The notes under the pieces were generated by a model. The model was not told where the DNA came from. It was given only the letters and a program-made list of their open reading frames with translations, and searched no databases. The position numbers and the translations under genes are program-made. A DNA stretch of 37,971 nt, from the NCBI GenBank assembly GCA_041640655.1, contig JBEPZV010000023.1, positions 1 to 37,971 of the forward strand. Reading direction: 5' to 3'. Each line of letters begins with the position of its first letter. Positions within the stretch are counted from its first letter, which is position 1. Positions 34,708-37,971 of the stretch are shown piece after piece. This DNA is from a bacterium (GTDB lineage: Bacteria; Acidobacteriota; Blastocatellia; HR10).

Positions 34708-37125
34708 ATGAGGGGCGATAGGAGGAGAACCGAAGTTCGGGCTGTGGGCGCGATCGGCCTGCTCAGCCTCGTCCTGCTCGGGGCGGGCAGGGCGCAAGGG
34801 CGCTTGGGGGTGATCGAAGGACAGGTCGCGGATCAGACGGGGGCCGTCATTCCAGAGGCCCTCGTCCAGCTCTGGGAGCCGACCGCGGGCATTCAGCAGA
34901 CGGTTCGAACCGATCGCGCGGGGAGCTTCCGCTTCGAGCGGCTCGGCCCCGGACACTATCGGATTCTCGTCTCGGCAGAGGGATTTGCGCCTCAATCGCG
35001 TGAGATCGCGCTCGCCTTCGGGGCGCATCACACCATCACGTTCACGCTCTCGCCGCAGCCGATCGCGGAAGAAGTCGCCGTGCTGGCGAGCGTGATTGTG
35101 GATACGCCGGAGACCTTGCGACGTATTCCGGGCTCGGTGGACATCCTGGATCGGCGCATGCTCGACGCGAGCCGCGTCTTCACGATCAACGAGGCGCTGC
35201 GCAAAGTCACGGGGGTCTTCGTCCGCGAGGAGGAGGGATTCGGCTTGCGCCCCAATATCGGCATTCGCGGACTCAATCCCACGCGCTCGACCAAGGTGCT
35301 GCTTCTTGAAGACGGCATCCCGCTGACCTATGCCCCCTATGGCGATAATGCCTCGTACTATCATCCCCCGGTGGATCGGTTCGAGAGCATCGAGGTCATC
35401 AAAGGATCGGGACAAATCCTCTACGGCCCGATGACCATCGGCGGCGTCATCAACTACATCACGCCGAATCCTCCCGAGAAACCGCGCGGCGCGCTCACGC
35501 TCATCGGCGGCACCCGCGATTACCTCAACGGCCACTTCACCTACGGCGGGACGTGGGGAGGCACGGGGCTTCTCTTCGACTACATGCGCAAGCAGGGCGA
35601 AGGCGCGCGCGAGAATACGCGCACGGGGCTCAACGATGCGAACCTCAAACTCGTCACGGCGCTCGGAGCCCGCCACGCCCTGACGATCAAGGGGAATTAC
35701 TACGGCGAGAACTCGCAGGTGACCTATTCCGGCTTGCGGCTCGATGAATACCTGGCCAATCCGCGCCAGAATCCGTTCCTCAACGATCGCTTCTTCGGAG
35801 ATCGGTATGGCGCGTCCGTCACCCACGCCTTTGTCGTGAAGAACGAGGTCGTGCTCACGACGAACGTCTACGGCTCGATGTTTTTCCGCGACTGGTGGCG
35901 GCAATCGAGCAATTCCAATCAGCGTCCGAATCGGCGGGGCGATCCCGGTTGCCGGGGCATGGAGGACCTTCTGACGAGTTGCGGCAACGAGGGGCGGCTG
36001 CGCAAGTATTACACCTGGGGGATCGAGCCGCGCGTGCGGGCCTTCGATCGAATCTTCGGCCTGCGGGGCGAGACCGAATTCGGCTTCCGCGCGCACTTCG
36101 AGCGGCAGGATCGCAAGCAGATGAACGGCCAAGCGCCGACGGCGCGCACCGGGACGATCGTTGAGGACAATGAGCGGAAGAATCAAGCGTACTCGGGGTT
36201 CCTGCAGCATCGGTTCCTCTTCGGGAGGTGGACGATCACGCCGGGCCTGCGCCTGGAGCACGTGCGCTATGAGCGCACGAACCGGCTGGCCAATCGCGGG
36301 GCAGGCGCGACCGGGCGCACGCATCTCACTGAGATCATCCCGGGCATCGGCGTCACGTTCGCTCCGGCCTCGCACACGACGATCTTCGGCGGCGCGCATC
36401 GCGGGTTCGCTCCGCCGCGCACCGAGGACATCATTGACAACGCGGGGGGGACGATTGATCTCGATCCCGAGCGGAGCTGGACCTATGAGGTCGGCGTGCG
36501 CAGTTGGCCTGTCTCCGGCCTGAAGCTCGAAGCCACTTTCTTCCGCATGGATTTCGAGAATCAGATCGTCCCGGCGAGCGTCGCCGGCGGCCTCGGCGCG
36601 ACCTTCACCAATGCGGGAGAGACGCTCCATCAAGGCGTGGAATTCACCGGCCGGGTGGACATGGGATCGCTCCTGAAGACGCCGCACAATGTCTATGCCC
36701 GCCTGGCCTATACCTATGTCCCGACGGCGAAATTCGTCGGCGTGCGCCTGAGCAGCATTCCCGGTTTCGGCACCGTGAGCGTGAGCGGCAATCGGCTCCC
36801 CTATGCGCCGAAGCATCTGGCGAACGTGCAGCTCGGGTATGTCCACCCGAGGGGTCTCGACCTCTTGCTGGAAGCCGTGCATGTCGGAGATCAATTCGCC
36901 GATGATTTGAATACGATCGCGCCGACGCCCGATGGGCAGCGCGGGCTGTTACCGGCGTACACGATCTGGAACCTGACGGCGAACTATCGGCTGGAATCGC
37001 GCGGCCTGACGATCTTCGTGGCGGTGAAGAACCTCTTCGACCGCTTGTTCATCGCCGATCGCACGCGAGGGATTCTGCCCGGACCGCCGCGGCTGGTACA
37101 GAGCGGCCTGCGGTTCCAATTCTGA
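34708..37125 (+). CDS. TonB-dependent outer membrane receptor, FecA-like
   Basis: Signal peptide, N-terminal carboxypeptidase-regulatory-like domain, plug motifs NIGIRGLNPTRS and IEVIKGSG..LYGP..GGVINYIT, VKNLFD, C-terminal Phe. Confidence 0.93.
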   Translation: MRGDRRRTEVRAVGAIGLLSLVLLGAGRAQGRLGVIEGQVADQTGAVIPEALVQLWEPTAGIQQTVRTDRAGSFRFERLGPGHYRILVSAEGFAPQSREIALAFGAHHTITFTLSPQPIAEEVAVLASVIVDTPETLRRIPGSVDILDRRMLDASRVFTINEALRKVTGVFVREEEGFGLRPNIGIRGLNPTRSTKVLLLEDGIPLTYAPYGDNASYYHPPVDRFESIEVIKGSGQILYGPMTIGGVINYITPNPPEKPRGALTLIGGTRDYLNGHFTYGGTWGGTGLLFDYMRKQGEGARENTRTGLNDANLKLVTALGARHALTIKGNYYGENSQVTYSGLRLDEYLANPRQNPFLNDRFFGDRYGASVTHAFVVKNEVVLTTNVYGSMFFRDWWRQSSNSNQRPNRRGDPGCRGMEDLLTSCGNEGRLRKYYTWGIEPRVRAFDRIFGLRGETEFGFRAHFERQDRKQMNGQAPTARTGTIVEDNERKNQAYSGFLQHRFLFGRWTITPGLRLEHVRYERTNRLANRGAGATGRTHLTEIIPGIGVTFAPASHTTIFGGAHRGFAPPRTEDIIDNAGGTIDLDPERSWTYEVGVRSWPVSGLKLEATFFRMDFENQIVPASVAGGLGATFTNAGETLHQGVEFTGRVDMGSLLKTPHNVYARLAYTYVPTAKFVGVRLSSIPGFGTVSVSGNRLPYAPKHLANVQLGYVHPRGLDLLLEAVHVGDQFADDLNTIAPTPDGQRGLLPAYTIWNLTANYRLESRGLTIFVAVKNLFDRLFIADRTRGILPGPPRLVQSGLRFQF

Positions 37126-37464
37126 TCCTAGCAGGGCGGAATCGAGTGATCCCAGGATCGGTCTCGCGGCAGTCGCGTGCTCGATGAGCATGCGGGACAT
37201 CAGATCCCGCTGACCGACGTGTAGGTGCAGGATCGGCTCGCGCTTCATGATCGCTTCCTGCTCGCGCTCGGGGGGGGAGATACCACCATCACTCGCTCTA
37301 TGGCTCCCATGCGGTGCCGCGCCGTGGGGTGCTCTTTCGATTGCGATTGACCGAGAGCCTGCGCGCCGCGTTCGGTCGCGACCTCTGGGCACTTGACCCC
37401 GGCCGGCTCTACTGCGGAAGCGATGCGGCAGAAATACACGCGGCGCGAGGAAGGGAAGGGGAAG

Positions 37465-37541
37465 TGGTTGCGGGGGCGGGATTTGAACCCGCGACCTTTG
37501 GGTTATGAGCCCAACGAGCTTCCAGGCTGCTCCACCCCGCG
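37465..37541 (-). tRNA. Initiator tRNA-fMet (CAT)
   Basis: Minus strand reads CGCGGGGTGGAGCAGCCTGGAAGCTCGTTGGGCTCATAACCCAAAGGTCGCGGGTTCAAATCCCGCCCCCGCAACCA. It has the C1-A72 mismatch, a GGG/CCC anticodon stem and an encoded CCA. Confidence 0.97.
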
Positions 37542-37566
37542 TCCGTTCTGAGTGTTCCGTGGTCGA

Positions 37567-37595
37567 ATTATAGAGGTCGCCTCCGCGTCTGTCAA
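37567..37595 (-). promoter_or_regulatory. Perfect-consensus sigma70 promoter for tRNA-fMet
   Basis: TTGACA-17 nt-TATAAT on the minus strand, 25 nt upstream of the tRNA. Confidence 0.85.
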
Positions 37596-37740
37596 GGAGC
37601 CGAGGTCATGGCCACAAAGAGCGAAGATGCGAGAAGGTACGTTCCTGTCAGTGGGCGGAGCCGACGCTCGGCGGCCTCTTCGCGGGAGGAGAAGATTCGG
37701 ACTCTCCCAAGGGGCGCGTGAAGGCGTGGGGGGCGAGGCG

Positions 37741-37769
37741 TTGGCGCCTTCGGGGGGCTCGGATATAAT
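37741..37769 (+). promoter_or_regulatory. Sigma70-type promoter for the phosphatase gene
   Basis: TTGGCG-17 nt-TATAAT. Confidence 0.6.
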
Positions 37770-37784
37770 CGAGGTTTTGAAGGT

Positions 37785-37971
37785 ATGAAGCGGCGGTTGC
37801 TCTTCATCTGCACGGCGAATCAGAACCGCTCGCCGACGGCCGAAGCCTTGTTCGCGCGGAGTCAGCGCTACGAGGCGCGTTCGGCGGGAGTATCGCCCCT
37901 GGCCACGCGTCCGGTGACGCGCGATCTCATCGAGTGGGCCGATCTCATCTTCGTGATGGACGAGCGCTACG
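37785..37971 (+). CDS. Low-molecular-weight protein-tyrosine phosphatase / ArsC-like protein (partial, runs off the window; not in the ORF track)
   Basis: MKRRLLFICTANQNRSPTAE (Cx5R P-loop), SAG, EWADLIFVM. Confidence 0.88.
   Translation, partial: MKRRLLFICTANQNRSPTAEALFARSQRYEARSAGVSPLATRPVTRDLIEWADLIFVMDERY

Noticed and set aside
34651..36894. 747-aa minus-strand ORF
   Set aside because: Antisense shadow of the TonB receptor.
1..37971. CRISPR array, IS element, prophage or tRNA-anchored island
   Set aside because: No regularly spaced repeats, cas, transposase, integrase or phage genes, and no duplicated tRNA 3' end seen by eye.

Overview
High-GC bacterial chromosomal window of mostly housekeeping and envelope genes. 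Gene content and style suggest Acidobacteriota, possibly Blastocatellia-like; this is inference only. Order: 3' end of an unknown ORF; a large secreted modular metalloprotease (HExxHxLGF catalytic domain, PPC, Ig-like, cohesin, cohesin, dockerin, degenerate cohesin); tlyA and an M28 peptidase; an ECF sigma / zinc anti-sigma / Spy-CpxP / mlaE / mlaD / diheme peroxidase-family run; kbl-tdh; an ABC1/AarF kinase; PBP1A; MogA/MoaB; a hypothetical protein; nagA; a SAM methyltransferase and Wzx flippase; Rieske ferredoxin-tenA-membrane protein; gatB; dnaE; a non-canonical P-II; crt-hbd-thiolase interrupted by a secreted beta-sandwich repeat protein; a FecA-like TonB receptor with a Fur-type box; tRNA-fMet; and the start of an LMW phosphatase-family gene. 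I saw no CRISPR array, rRNA, transposase or integrase. The best leads are (1) the protease carrying both cohesins and a dockerin, possibly self-assembling, (2) the secreted repeat protein whose domain boundaries look circularly permuted, (3) the diheme peroxidase homolog with an altered distal pocket, and (4) the P-II with a rewired T-loop. All family calls come from motif recognition by eye, with no searches run.
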